Origin: Propionibacteriaceae bacterium
GTDB taxonomy: Bacteria; Actinomycetota; Actinomycetes; Propionibacteriales; Propionibacteriaceae
Assembly (NCBI GenBank): GCA_031256725.1
Contig: JAIRQE010000021.1
Location: forward strand, 208,051 to 240,050
Direction of reading: 5' to 3'
Length of the DNA: 32,000 bases
The translations under genes and the position numbers were made by a program. Below are positions 1 to 8,726 of this stretch, piece by piece. The notes below the pieces were generated by a model that saw only the letters and a list, made by a program, of their open reading frames with translations, made no database searches and was not told the DNA's origin. How positions within the stretch are numbered: position 1 is the first letter of the stretch; the number at the start of each line of letters is the position of its first letter.

Positions 1-579
1 TCCCTACACACTCCAGGTTCAGTCATAAGAACTGATCCTGAGCCAGGAACACCCGTAGCCGCAGACACCATAATCACTGTGTATCTTGCAGAGATTGTCC
101 TCAACGTTGGTGAGGACAGATTCGATCCCCCAAGTCTCATCGGACTTTCACATGAGCAAGCCGAGCAGATTCTCACGGATGAGGGATTCACGATTGAGTA
201 CGTTACGGTCCCCAATCAGGCCCCAGCGGGGGAGTGGCTTGGTACAACATGTGAAAGGCGTAAAGAAGGCGTCTGCCAGTTCTACATCTCCGAAGGGCCC
301 CTCTCCACGGACCCAGACCCCGCCACCTCAAGGGCCACTGCAGTACCACTGCTCGATGAACTACCCTCCACTATAGAAAGGGAGATCTGGAATTACCGGA
401 TCTTCACCTGGGATGGTGCACAGTTCACCCCCACCGCCCAGATGACTCTAGATGGGGACCATTGGAACTACGCCCGAGGAGTACGGATCGCCGACTTCTT
501 CTACATAGCCACTTCAAACAGTGTCCAAGTCTACGAAATGGATGGGTACACCGAACTAGCCAAAGTGGTACTCAGTTAG
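1..579 (+). CDS. PASTA-domain protein, C-terminal part (5' end lies outside the window); likely the extracellular sensor region of a PknB-like Ser/Thr kinase
   Basis: Frame 1 is open from nt 1, so the ORF-track GTG at 79 is internal. Translation SLHTPGSVIRTDPEPGTPVAADTIITVYLAE is followed by PPSLIGLSHEQAEQILTDEGFTIEYVTV...GVCQFYISEGP. This fits the PASTA pattern (P-x-v/l-x-G-l-s-x-x-x-A-x-x-x-L...G..v..v.s.GP) twice. An ~90-aa unassigned C-terminal domain follows. Confidence 0.5.
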   Translation, partial: SLHTPGSVIRTDPEPGTPVAADTIITVYLAEIVLNVGEDRFDPPSLIGLSHEQAEQILTDEGFTIEYVTVPNQAPAGEWLGTTCERRKEGVCQFYISEGPLSTDPDPATSRATAVPLLDELPSTIEREIWNYRIFTWDGAQFTPTAQMTLDGDHWNYARGVRIADFFYIATSNSVQVYEMDGYTELAKVVLS

Positions 580-691
580 CCCATCAGTGTGGGTCTTGGG
601 AAGCGCCCCCTTGGCCCACAAGATCGTCATGATGACGGTCTGCTGATGAGTCACCTGCCTCTCCGGCACCAACCATAGATATACACCGATA

Positions 692-711
692 ATCAATAGA
701 AATGTATTGAT
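692..711. promoter_or_regulatory. Inverted repeat ATCAATA-N6-TATTGAT, candidate operator of the downstream XRE regulator operon
   Basis: Perfect 7-bp arms at 692-698 and 705-711 in an AT-rich stretch about 30 bp upstream of the ATG at 742. Small XRE regulators commonly autoregulate through such palindromes. Confidence 0.3.
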
Positions 712-741
712 AAACGATAAATTCATGGTAAGGTAGTACTC

Positions 742-1215
742 ATGGCTGAAGGATCATGGTGGACTGCGCGTAAGTCCGCAACTCTGTCTATCGTTGTTGC
801 TTGGATGGGACTGGTGATAGGAATTGTACTCATTCCCATGCTGATTCCAGTGTTAAAGATGATCAGGGTAGAGGGAACCATTTTCGATGATGAGTTTATC
901 CTTCGCGCTGCGGGCCCTTTATATGCCTGTCTAGCTTTCGGAATCGCAGCAGTTGTCATCCTACTGCGACTATTGGGAGATATCCGTCGTGAAGAGGTTT
1001 TCACTCAGGCGAATGTACGACGCCTACGACTGATCTCCTATTGCGGGTTCGCAATCATGGTGTCCAGCGTATTGGGTGCCATTCTCGCTGTACCTCGTCC
1101 CTTTTTCATCATCTTGGGTCTCATCGCAGGGTTCCTGGGTTTGCTGATGCGCGTTGTGAAGAACGTGATTGATGCAGCTCGGTTGCTTAAAGAAGACGCC
1201 GACTACACGATCTGA
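742..1215 (+). CDS. DUF2975-like small multi-pass membrane protein
   Basis: 157 aa with about 4 hydrophobic helices. It lies directly upstream of a YozG-like HTH gene, which is the widespread DUF2975 + YozG gene pair. The C-terminal motif VKNVIDAARLLKEDADYTI is typical of that family. Confidence 0.7.
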   Translation: MAEGSWWTARKSATLSIVVAWMGLVIGIVLIPMLIPVLKMIRVEGTIFDDEFILRAAGPLYACLAFGIAAVVILLRLLGDIRREEVFTQANVRRLRLISYCGFAIMVSSVLGAILAVPRPFFIILGLIAGFLGLLMRVVKNVIDAARLLKEDADYTI

Positions 1216-1224
1216 GAGGGAATC

Positions 1225-1443
1225 ATGTCAATCAATCTCAATCTCGACGTCGTCATGGCGAAGAGACGTATCCCTGCAGGGGAGCTTGCCCATCGCGTTG
1301 GCATAACCCCAGCCAATCTTTCCATCCTCAAGAATAATAAGGCCAAGGCTATTCGCTTCTCCACCTTGGAGGCCTTGTGCCGCGAACTCGAATGCCAGCC
1401 GGGTGACCTGCTGGAGTACATTGAAGGAGATGACCGTGACTAA
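1225..1443 (+). CDS. XRE/Cro-C1 family helix-turn-helix transcriptional regulator (YozG-like)
   Basis: 72 aa: LDVVMAKRRIPAGELAHRVGITPANLSILKNNKAKAIRFSTLEALCRELECQPGDLLEY. This is the canonical YozG-type HTH_26 sequence. It starts 9 nt after the stop of the DUF2975 gene. Confidence 0.85.
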   Translation: MSINLNLDVVMAKRRIPAGELAHRVGITPANLSILKNNKAKAIRFSTLEALCRELECQPGDLLEYIEGDDRD

Positions 1444-3106
1444 ACCTATCGCCCCACCTCAGTCCATGGATGCACCTCAGCCCATGGGCATACCTCAGCC
1501 CATGAACGCGCATCAACCTCCACCACCGAGTTTTTATGTCTACGAATCACAATCTAAGAAGGTCTATCCGGTTGACGCAGCGGAAACGGTACTTGCTCTC
1601 GTCGTTGTCATGCTTGGTTTTCTTTTCTGGAATTGGTTCATTCCTCGATCGGGAGACTGGGCAGTAGCGGGGTCTTCAGCGGATCTTGAGTATGGTGGCT
1701 TTTACCCAGATTACTATCCAGGCATCGCGATAACCCTCTTCTTTGTTTTGGCCCTCGCAACCTCGCTGATCTACTTCCAAGCACGTAAAGTCACCCTCTC
1801 ACAAGGGGGAATGATCGGCGCAGGGATTGTCTTCCTCTCAGCCCTTCCTTTCGCAATCTATTCTGCGACCCCTCTGCACTTCTTCGCGATCATCTTCACT
1901 TTGGGGCTGTACGTACTGTGGCACGCCTACGCCGCCAACACAGCTATCGCCAAGTTCCCGGGTGTTCTCACAAGTGCTGATTTGCTCAACCAGACCTTGG
2001 TCGTACCCTTCTCCAACATGGGTGCCTGGTTTGCGGGCCTGCGTTCTTTTGGCCACAAAGGAAAGGGTACCAACCAGGTCATCGCCGCCATCGTGGGGAT
2101 CATTATCGCAGTCCCCATCTTCGCCATCATCATCGCCTTGCTGGCTTCAGCCGACGCACAATTCAGCACATGGATTGAGGGGATCGGCGTGTACTTTGAA
2201 AACCTGAAGGTGGGGAGGTATGTCCTATGCCTGACCTTCGGGTTCCCTGTGGGGTTCTATATCTTCGCTCTGCTGTACGGGAATGCTCGTCGCATGGGTA
2301 CCGAAACCATGACGCCAAAGTCGCTGTTGAGTACTGCTCAAAATGCGCGCAAGGTGAGTATTGTGGCCGTGGGTACTCCTGTGGCCATCTTGGTGCTAAT
2401 CTATGGTGTCTTTCTTGCGGCAGTGGTCTCCAATCTCCATAAGACGATGACGACAGTCCATAGCCCCGATTTCACCTACGCTGAGTTTGCTCGTCGCGGG
2501 TTCTTTGAGTTGGCTGTTGTTGCTGGGATCAATCTCGTGATTCTGGGGTTCATCTACTTGTTCTGTCAGCGCAAACCTGGGCCTTATCCGGTCTTCTTGA
2601 GGGTACTGGGATCAACGATGTCGGCTCTGACCTTGGTGATGGTCGTACTGTCGATCACGAAAATGCTGATGTATTGGGAGCAGTACGGCCTGACTCGCTT
2701 GCGTGTGTACACGATGTGGTTCATGTGTGTGATGTTTGTGGTCTTTGCACTGCTTCTCGTGTGGCATCTGCGTCGCTTCAAGGTGGGTACCGCCATTGTG
2801 ATGGTGATGGGTCTGTCGTTCCTTGGGTTGACATGGGCTAACGTGGACTCCATTATCGCTAATCACAATGTGGATAGGTACCTCAGTGGTCAGGTGGAGA
2901 CTATCGATGTGGACTATCTGGGGGAGGATCTCTCGGATGCGGCTGTACCGGCTTTAATCAGGTTGAGTGAGGATCGTCGTGTTCAGGCTCAAGCCAATAG
3001 GGCCCTAGCCATTCGCAGAAGTGAGGGTACCAACATGCTTCCGGCAGGTGATGCTCCGTGGACAGCTTGGTCCTGGGAGTCTCATCGGGCACATCAGCTT
3101 CTGTAG
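1430..3106 (+). CDS. DUF4153/DUF4173-like polytopic membrane protein with a proline-rich N-terminus
   Basis: Long ORF with more than 10 hydrophobic segments. The N-terminus has PQSMDAPQPMGIPQPMNAHQPPPP repeats. The C-terminal IANHNVDRYLSGQVETIDVDYLGEDLSDAAVPAL resembles the conserved DUF4153 tail. The start is uncertain: GTG 1403, ATG 1430 or GTG 1436. The GAAGGAG at 1423-1429 best fits GTG 1436. The gene overlaps the HTH gene stop. Confidence 0.65.
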   Translation: MTVTKPIAPPQSMDAPQPMGIPQPMNAHQPPPPSFYVYESQSKKVYPVDAAETVLALVVVMLGFLFWNWFIPRSGDWAVAGSSADLEYGGFYPDYYPGIAITLFFVLALATSLIYFQARKVTLSQGGMIGAGIVFLSALPFAIYSATPLHFFAIIFTLGLYVLWHAYAANTAIAKFPGVLTSADLLNQTLVVPFSNMGAWFAGLRSFGHKGKGTNQVIAAIVGIIIAVPIFAIIIALLASADAQFSTWIEGIGVYFENLKVGRYVLCLTFGFPVGFYIFALLYGNARRMGTETMTPKSLLSTAQNARKVSIVAVGTPVAILVLIYGVFLAAVVSNLHKTMTTVHSPDFTYAEFARRGFFELAVVAGINLVILGFIYLFCQRKPGPYPVFLRVLGSTMSALTLVMVVLSITKMLMYWEQYGLTRLRVYTMWFMCVMFVVFALLLVWHLRRFKVGTAIVMVMGLSFLGLTWANVDSIIANHNVDRYLSGQVETIDVDYLGEDLSDAAVPALIRLSEDRRVQAQANRALAIRRSEGTNMLPAGDAPWTAWSWESHRAHQLL

Positions 3107-3548
3107 TGACCTGATAGACTTGTCCTTGGTCCCCCGTACGGCGGTACCTCCCCCAACCCCTCCAGGGCCGGAAGGCAGCAAAGGTAAGGGAGCTCTACTG
3201 GGTGTACGGGGGGCTCTTCTGTTTTCAGGGAGAGTCCGAAAATTTCAGAGAGAGTCCGAAAACCTCCTACAAACAATAGAGCTTGCTAGAAAGCGCCCTA
3301 GTAGCGCGGGCTTCCGTTCATGAACTGGAAACGTTACCGGAATTATGTTCACGCTCACACTTTTCTGGATTTTTTTGAAACCCCTTTCCACAAGGGAAGA
3401 TAGTAAATTCAGGTCATTTTGCCGTCTGTGATCCTTAGAATTGTCAGTTGCTTAAGTTCCCCAAAAGCGTAGAGTTATCGACGAAATCATAATAGTTGTG
3501 GGTCCCGAGAAAGGGCGCGCAACACAATCGAAGGTTTGGGGGGACGAA

Positions 3549-6500
3549 ATGTCCACACTGCGGAAAAGTGCCTACGGGCTCGTTGCTGTTGTACTTGCAG
3601 CACTTCTTTCACTCTCACTAGTACCTAACGCCCAAGCGGTCGACGGTATTCCCGTCGCCTTTCCGCTAGGTTCACAGCAGATCTATATCAGCCAAGGTTA
3701 TGGTGGTGCAAACAACAACGCGTACACGCGGTGGTACACAGCTCAGATGAATGCGAATGGGTCCGCGGACCTCGTGCCCGTCTCAAGCGACATGACCATT
3801 GATACCCAGATGATCAATGCCCATGGGTACTCTGAACGCGACATGATGATCTATGGCATCGGACTTTCGAATTCCGCAGCAACCACGGGTGCTGGTACAC
3901 GAGAACTCGTTCGAGTTGGGCTCAGTGCAGATGGTACACAGATCGTCACCCAGAACCTCGGAGTCGTCGCAGGACTACCAACCCCCAATGACTCCTACAA
4001 TGCTGGAACCATGGTCCCCACAGGTGATAGTTGTGGACTGGCCACGGCTGATGATTGCCGGGCAATACTCATCGTCAAAGCCTCAAATTCAGCTGGCAGT
4101 CAGAACGTATCCTCCCTCTATATGATCAACGTCGACACCGTTTCTGTCGTCAAGACGATCCACCTATCGACTGCTATGCCAAATGTCTCAGATATCTTCT
4201 GGAAAGATGGCTTCATCTGGGCAGTACATGGTGATCCGACGAATGCTCAGGGTAACAAGATTGCCTCCAGGGTCTACCGGATTGACCCAGCCACCGGTCA
4301 GGTGAGTGTTTACACCCCTAGACTTGATATTAACTACGAATCCTATGGGGCACAGTACCTCTATGGGAACGGGAACTTTGGCATCCTGGGCAACACCACG
4401 GGGACTATGTACCAAATTCACATTGATGATCCGAGGGGGAACCCAACCTTTTCAGTTGTCTCTTACCGTTCCACGGGACTGTCCACCACCAAGAATGATG
4501 GTACGGCATATCGCGGTGTAGCTACCGACCTGAAGTTGGAGAAGACCACGAATAAGACTTTCAAGCCAGGAGATCCTGTCACCTACACGATCACAGTGAC
4601 CAACCTTGGTCCCACAGATTTCTCCGATTCCTCCGGTTGGGTTCTCACAGACATCCTTCCTGCAGTACCGAGCCCCTCCACAATCACGGGGCTCCCGGAA
4701 GGCTGTGTCATTAATGATGTCACACTGAATTGTTGGGGTGGGGCACTGCCTCATGGGCAATCAGCCACGATCAGCTTCACATATCCGGGATCTGCGACCA
4801 CAGGAATCACCGATGATGTGGTGAACACTGCAACAGTGCTCGGCAACGAATATGACCCCGATCTTTCGAATAATACGTCCACTGCAACGACCTTCCCCCT
4901 CGCCATCGACATCGTGAAGACTTCCTCAATCGGCAACATCATTGCTGTCAACGATCCGATCACCTATTCATTCACGGTCACCAATAGTGGGGGAATGACT
5001 CTTGATGATGTCTCGGTGAGTGACCCATTCTTGGAGGGGTTATCCATCTCAGTGACATGCCCTAAGACCACACTGATCGCCAATGAGTCAATGGTGTGTA
5101 CGGCGGCTTATGCAGCCACATCTGATGATATCGCGGCAGGTCAGATTATGAACACGGCCACAGCCAGTAGTACGTGGACCGATCCCGATGACCCAGGAAT
5201 GGAACCCATTACGGTGACCTCTCCTGAGTCGACTGTGATCATCATGGTGGGTGCTCTCAGCATCAACAAAATTGCTGATGTTCACATCGTGAAAGCCGCA
5301 GGAGATATCGTCAACTACTCCTTTGTTGTCACCAATCTTGGTGGAGTACCCCTGCATGACATCACCATCATAGACACTATGCTCACTGGTTCTGGGGTTC
5401 CCATCGTCTGCCCATCGACAACCCTTCCCGATGCATCTGAAGCTCCCAATAATGCCATGACATGTACTGCTCGTTATACGGTGACTTCAGCGGATATTGC
5501 TGCTGGCCAGATCGTCAACGTTGCAACAGCCACTGGGATTGACCCAGATGGCGACTCAGTACCAGCTCCGCAGTCCTCAGAGATCGTGAATGTTGCTGGC
5601 TTGACCATCACTAAGGATGCCAACAAGACCACTGTGTCCGCTGATGGTGAACAGGTCATCTATACCTTCCAGATACGCAATACGGGCCGGGTCAAACTGA
5701 CCAATGTGGCGGTGAACGACCCTATGCTCACCGGCGCTCTCGTTCCGATCAAGTGCCCATTGACCACTCTGATAGCGGGTGCGACTATGACATGTGCGGC
5801 AACATATATCGTGACTGAGGACGATATTGCTGCTGGTGAGATCCATAATGTGGCTACTGCTGGTGGTACTGATCCTGATGATAACCCAGTCACCACCCCC
5901 GAATCTTCGGTGAGTGTTGATGTAGCGTCGCTCGTGCTCAAGAAGACTTCAGATGATGAGGTGGTGTCCGCTGCCGGTGAAGAGGTTACGTACAACTTTG
6001 AGATTGCGAACACAGGCAATACTGATCTGACGGATGTGTCTGTTGACGATCCTATGGTGCAGGCTGCTGGTGCTGTGGTGATATGTCCACAGACTACCCT
6101 TGTAGTCGGAGAATCCATGACCTGTCATGCCACTTATGTGGTGAACGATGCTGATATCACTAATAAAGAAATCGTCAACATTGCAACAGCTCAGGGTACC
6201 TTCCCTGAAGGTGAGGTTGTCTCACCTCCGTCAACCGTCACCATAAATGTGAATAAGCCCGAGCCTAGGGAAACTTCCATCGCCGTTGTGAAGTCAGCAG
6301 ATAAGACTGTTGTTGGTGCAGTAGATGACGAGATCCTTTACACCTTTGCTGTGACTAACACGGGTAAGACCACTCTAAGTAACATCACCATCAACGACCC
6401 CATGTTGGATGCTGCTGGTGTTGTGGTGACCTGTCCTCCATCTGACCTCGCTAGTGGAGCAAGTGTTGAGTGTGTGGCCCCTTACCGTGTGACTGCTGCC

Positions 6501-8126
6501 GATCTGGCATCTGGCAAGATCGTGAATGTGGCGACGGCTTCGGGTGTTGATCCTGATGGTGAAGATGTGACCAGTCCTGAGTCTACTGTGACTGTTGGTG
6601 TGGTTGAGCTTGGTTTTGTGAAGTCCGCTGATCGTGAATCGGTTGAGAAGGCTGGAGACCAGATCCTCTACTCTTTCCAGGTGACCAACACTGGAACAGT
6701 CGACGTGAGCGACATCACTGTGGTGGATCCCATGTTGGCCGCTGCCGGTGTGGACATCTCCTGCCCCTCGACGCAGTTAGCTCCTGCAGCAAAGATGACA
6801 TGTACTGCAACCTATACGGTCACCGATGCTGACATTGCTGCTGGTCAGATTGAGAATCTTGCCTCTGCAACTGGGAAGGACCCCGATGATGGTGATGTCT
6901 CCACTGATCCTGATATGGTCACGGTTGATGTTGCTCGTATGTCCATCGTGAAGACTGTAACACCTGAGACAGTGATACATGCTGGTGACAAGGTAGAATA
7001 CTCCTTCATCGTCACCAATAATAGTGATGTTTTCATCAGTGAAATCGCAGTCAAAGACCCCATGCTCATCGAAGCTGGGGTAGAGATCAACTGTCCTGCA
7101 ACAACCCTTGTTGCCGGAGCATCCATGAGTTGTACAGCAACCTACACGGTGACCTCCGAAGAGATCACTGCGGGGGTACCGATCGTCAACGTGGCGACCA
7201 GTGAGGGTATAGACCCTGACGGCAACCCTGTTGTCACCCTAGAGGATACAGCAACAGTAGAGGTACTAACCGCCTCACTGAAGGTCGTCAAGACCGCAGA
7301 CCGCGATGTCGTGACCAAGGCTGGCGACGTGATCCTCTACAACTTCGACGTTGAAAACACTAGTGATGTCATCGTGACTGACATCGTCATCAACGACCCA
7401 ATGCTGGATGCTGCAGGAGCGGCAATCAGCTGCCCGGTCACCTCATTGGATGCACACGCAACCATGACCTGTACCGCTTCCTATACCGTCACCCAAGCTG
7501 ACATCAACGCGGGCAAGGTACGAAATGTCGCCACGGCGACTGCAAAGGACCCAGCAGGCACCCCTGTCGAGACTCCAGAAACAAGTGTTGAGATTCCAGC
7601 CGCGCCTGTCATCTCACTCACCCTGGTGAAATCCACGACCGCCAAGACAGCAAAGCTTGGCGACATGATCACCTACACCTTCACGATTACGAATACTGGA
7701 ACAGTGAGCATGACTAACCTCACCATTACAGAAACAAAGTTCACAGGTACTGGCAAGGTCCTCGACATGTCAGGTTTGACATGCGCCACCACCAATGCGG
7801 CAGTTCCTTCAGTCGCATTGAACAGTGTCACCCTAGAGCCAAACCAAACAATCATGTGTACGCTTCCTGCCTATCAGGTCGTTTCTGGTGATGTGGCCAC
7901 TGGCCGAGTAACCAATACAGCCGTTGCTGAAGGTACTCCGGTAGGAACGGACGGCCTACCAACGGTATCCAACCCTTCAACAACTGAAACTGGCATCATT
8001 CGGGTCCACCTAGTAGCCACTGGTGGTACAACCCCTCCCGCCACCCACAGTGGACTCCTAGCACTGATCCTGATGTCCAGCGGATTGGTTGCCCTCCTCA
8101 CAACACGCATCCGCAAGAAGGCGTAA
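3549..8126 (+). CDS. Cell-wall-anchored surface adhesin: signal peptide, ~300-aa N-terminal head domain, ~10 tandem DUF11/DUF7507-like Ig-fold repeats, LVATG sorting signal
   Basis: ATG 3549 is preceded by GGGGGA and gives MSTLRKSAYGLVAVVLAALLSLSLVPNAQA|VDG, a signal peptide with an AxA site. The ORF-track GTG at 3498 adds a non-signal extension. The C-terminus is LVATGG + hydrophobic GLLALILMSSGLVALLTT + RIRKKA, a sortase-type sorting signal. The repeats share the pattern xxY(T/S)FxVTNTGxxxLxxVxVxDPML....CP...L..G..M.C.A.Y.VT..D...G.I.N.A. Confidence 0.85.
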   Translation: MSTLRKSAYGLVAVVLAALLSLSLVPNAQAVDGIPVAFPLGSQQIYISQGYGGANNNAYTRWYTAQMNANGSADLVPVSSDMTIDTQMINAHGYSERDMMIYGIGLSNSAATTGAGTRELVRVGLSADGTQIVTQNLGVVAGLPTPNDSYNAGTMVPTGDSCGLATADDCRAILIVKASNSAGSQNVSSLYMINVDTVSVVKTIHLSTAMPNVSDIFWKDGFIWAVHGDPTNAQGNKIASRVYRIDPATGQVSVYTPRLDINYESYGAQYLYGNGNFGILGNTTGTMYQIHIDDPRGNPTFSVVSYRSTGLSTTKNDGTAYRGVATDLKLEKTTNKTFKPGDPVTYTITVTNLGPTDFSDSSGWVLTDILPAVPSPSTITGLPEGCVINDVTLNCWGGALPHGQSATISFTYPGSATTGITDDVVNTATVLGNEYDPDLSNNTSTATTFPLAIDIVKTSSIGNIIAVNDPITYSFTVTNSGGMTLDDVSVSDPFLEGLSISVTCPKTTLIANESMVCTAAYAATSDDIAAGQIMNTATASSTWTDPDDPGMEPITVTSPESTVIIMVGALSINKIADVHIVKAAGDIVNYSFVVTNLGGVPLHDITIIDTMLTGSGVPIVCPSTTLPDASEAPNNAMTCTARYTVTSADIAAGQIVNVATATGIDPDGDSVPAPQSSEIVNVAGLTITKDANKTTVSADGEQVIYTFQIRNTGRVKLTNVAVNDPMLTGALVPIKCPLTTLIAGATMTCAATYIVTEDDIAAGEIHNVATAGGTDPDDNPVTTPESSVSVDVASLVLKKTSDDEVVSAAGEEVTYNFEIANTGNTDLTDVSVDDPMVQAAGAVVICPQTTLVVGESMTCHATYVVNDADITNKEIVNIATAQGTFPEGEVVSPPSTVTINVNKPEPRETSIAVVKSADKTVVGAVDDEILYTFAVTNTGKTTLSNITINDPMLDAAGVVVTCPPSDLASGASVECVAPYRVTAADLASGKIVNVATASGVDPDGEDVTSPESTVTVGVVELGFVKSADRESVEKAGDQILYSFQVTNTGTVDVSDITVVDPMLAAAGVDISCPSTQLAPAAKMTCTATYTVTDADIAAGQIENLASATGKDPDDGDVSTDPDMVTVDVARMSIVKTVTPETVIHAGDKVEYSFIVTNNSDVFISEIAVKDPMLIEAGVEINCPATTLVAGASMSCTATYTVTSEEITAGVPIVNVATSEGIDPDGNPVVTLEDTATVEVLTASLKVVKTADRDVVTKAGDVILYNFDVENTSDVIVTDIVINDPMLDAAGAAISCPVTSLDAHATMTCTASYTVTQADINAGKVRNVATATAKDPAGTPVETPETSVEIPAAPVISLTLVKSTTAKTAKLGDMITYTFTITNTGTVSMTNLTITETKFTGTGKVLDMSGLTCATTNAAVPSVALNSVTLEPNQTIMCTLPAYQVVSGDVATGRVTNTAVAEGTPVGTDGLPTVSNPSTTETGIIRVHLVATGGTTPPATHSGLLALILMSSGLVALLTTRIRKKA
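4527..7997 (+). repeat. About 10 tandem, diverged ~110-aa (~330-bp) domain repeats inside the adhesin gene
   Basis: Successive units start near LKLEKTTNKT, AIDIVKTSS, LSINKIAD, LTITKDAN, LVLKKTSD, IAVVKSAD, LGFVKSAD, MSIVKTVT, LKVVKTAD and LTLVKSTT. Units 2-9 each carry a conserved Cys pair (..CP....C.A.Y). The copies are diverged at the nucleotide level and no long identical stretches were seen. Confidence 0.8.
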
Positions 8127-8131
8127 CCCCC

Positions 8132-8180
8132 GGTCCGTCCTCTCGGCGGGGATCCCCCAACTCCCCCCGAAGGACGGACC
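8132..8180 (+). terminator. GC-rich hairpin downstream of the adhesin gene (I-shaped terminator candidate, no U-tract)
   Basis: GGTCCGTCCT (8132-8141) pairs with AGGACGGACC (8171-8180). The inner CGGCGGGG/CCCCCCG can extend the stem. It begins 6 nt after the TAA stop. The flanking sequence CCCCCAACTCCCC is repeated at 8154-8166 and 8181-8193. Confidence 0.4.
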
Positions 8181-8274
8181 CCCCCAACTCCCCAACGGCC
8201 AGTACGATTCCCTCCTGCTGGCCGGTGGGGTGTGTAATTGGCCTGTACGCCCTGTTATTCGGTAAGATCCTCTC

Positions 8275-8362
8275 GGAGGATTCGCCTAGAGGCCTATGGC
8301 GCTCGCTTGGAAAGCGGGTTGGGTTCACGCCCTCACGAGTTCGAATCTCGTATCCTCCGCCA
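8275..8362 (+). tRNA. tRNA-Ser (anticodon GGA), CCA encoded
   Basis: Hand-folded cloverleaf. Acceptor GGAGGAT/ATCCTCC, D-stem GCC/GGC, anticodon stem CTCGC/GCGGG with loop TTGGAAA, long variable arm TTGGGTTCACGCCCTC, T-arm ACGAG-TTCGAAT-CTCGT, discriminator G, CCA. Confidence 0.95.
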
Positions 8363-8422
8363 TATGCTTCTTACTCAAACCACAAGAATGGGTAAAGGGC
8401 ATGTAGGTATCGTTTTGTTCTG
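8340..8422 (+). repeat. Left direct repeat of the island (attL-like): tRNA-Ser T-arm/3' end plus ~60 bp downstream
   Basis: TTCGAATCTCGTATCC (8340-8355) is identical to 21281-21296. GCCATATGCTTCTTACTCAAACCACAAGAATGGGTAAAGGGCATGTAGGTATCG... (8359-8422) matches 21331-21394 at about 54 of 64 positions in a hand alignment. Confidence 0.8.
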
Positions 8423-8423
8423 A

Positions 8424-8447
8424 GTCGCCCATTTGGGCGGCTTTTTC
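8424..8447 (+). terminator. Rho-independent terminator after tRNA-Ser
   Basis: GTCGCCC-ATTT-GGGCGGC (7-bp stem including one G-U pair) followed by TTTTTC. Confidence 0.6.
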
Positions 8448-8726
8448 GTCTTCCAGTTCACTCCTGTTCGCGGATTTTGCCTTTGTCTGGCCACCGGTGA
8501 GCGTGTGTGGCCTGCTCGGGGTTGTGGGCAAGTTCTGGGCTTGAACCGCCCGCAGCCTGCTTGTCTGCGTTCACGGCGGTTTGCCCTGCAACTTGCCCGA
8601 GGTTGACCAGCTCTGAACAGAAGAACGCTCAGCAATTGGTTGAAAAAGCCATCAAGGAGATTCGCGCACCACCTCCCTGACTACTATTTCAACTCCTGTG
8701 AGCCGAAATGGTCACACCTCCCATAA

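Noticed and set aside
3230-3262. Direct repeat GAGAGTCCGAAAA x2 upstream of the adhesin gene as a regulatory site
   Set aside because: It is real as a 13-bp repeat. It lies about 300 bp upstream of the start, no partner regulator is evident, and there is no further support for assigning a function.
4188-8116. Many 60-150-aa ORFs antisense to or out of frame with the adhesin gene (e.g. 5660-6118, 6845-7126, 7874-8116)
   Set aside because: They lie entirely inside a long, well-supported CDS with clear domain repeats. Their translations are low-complexity mirror images of the repeat sequence.
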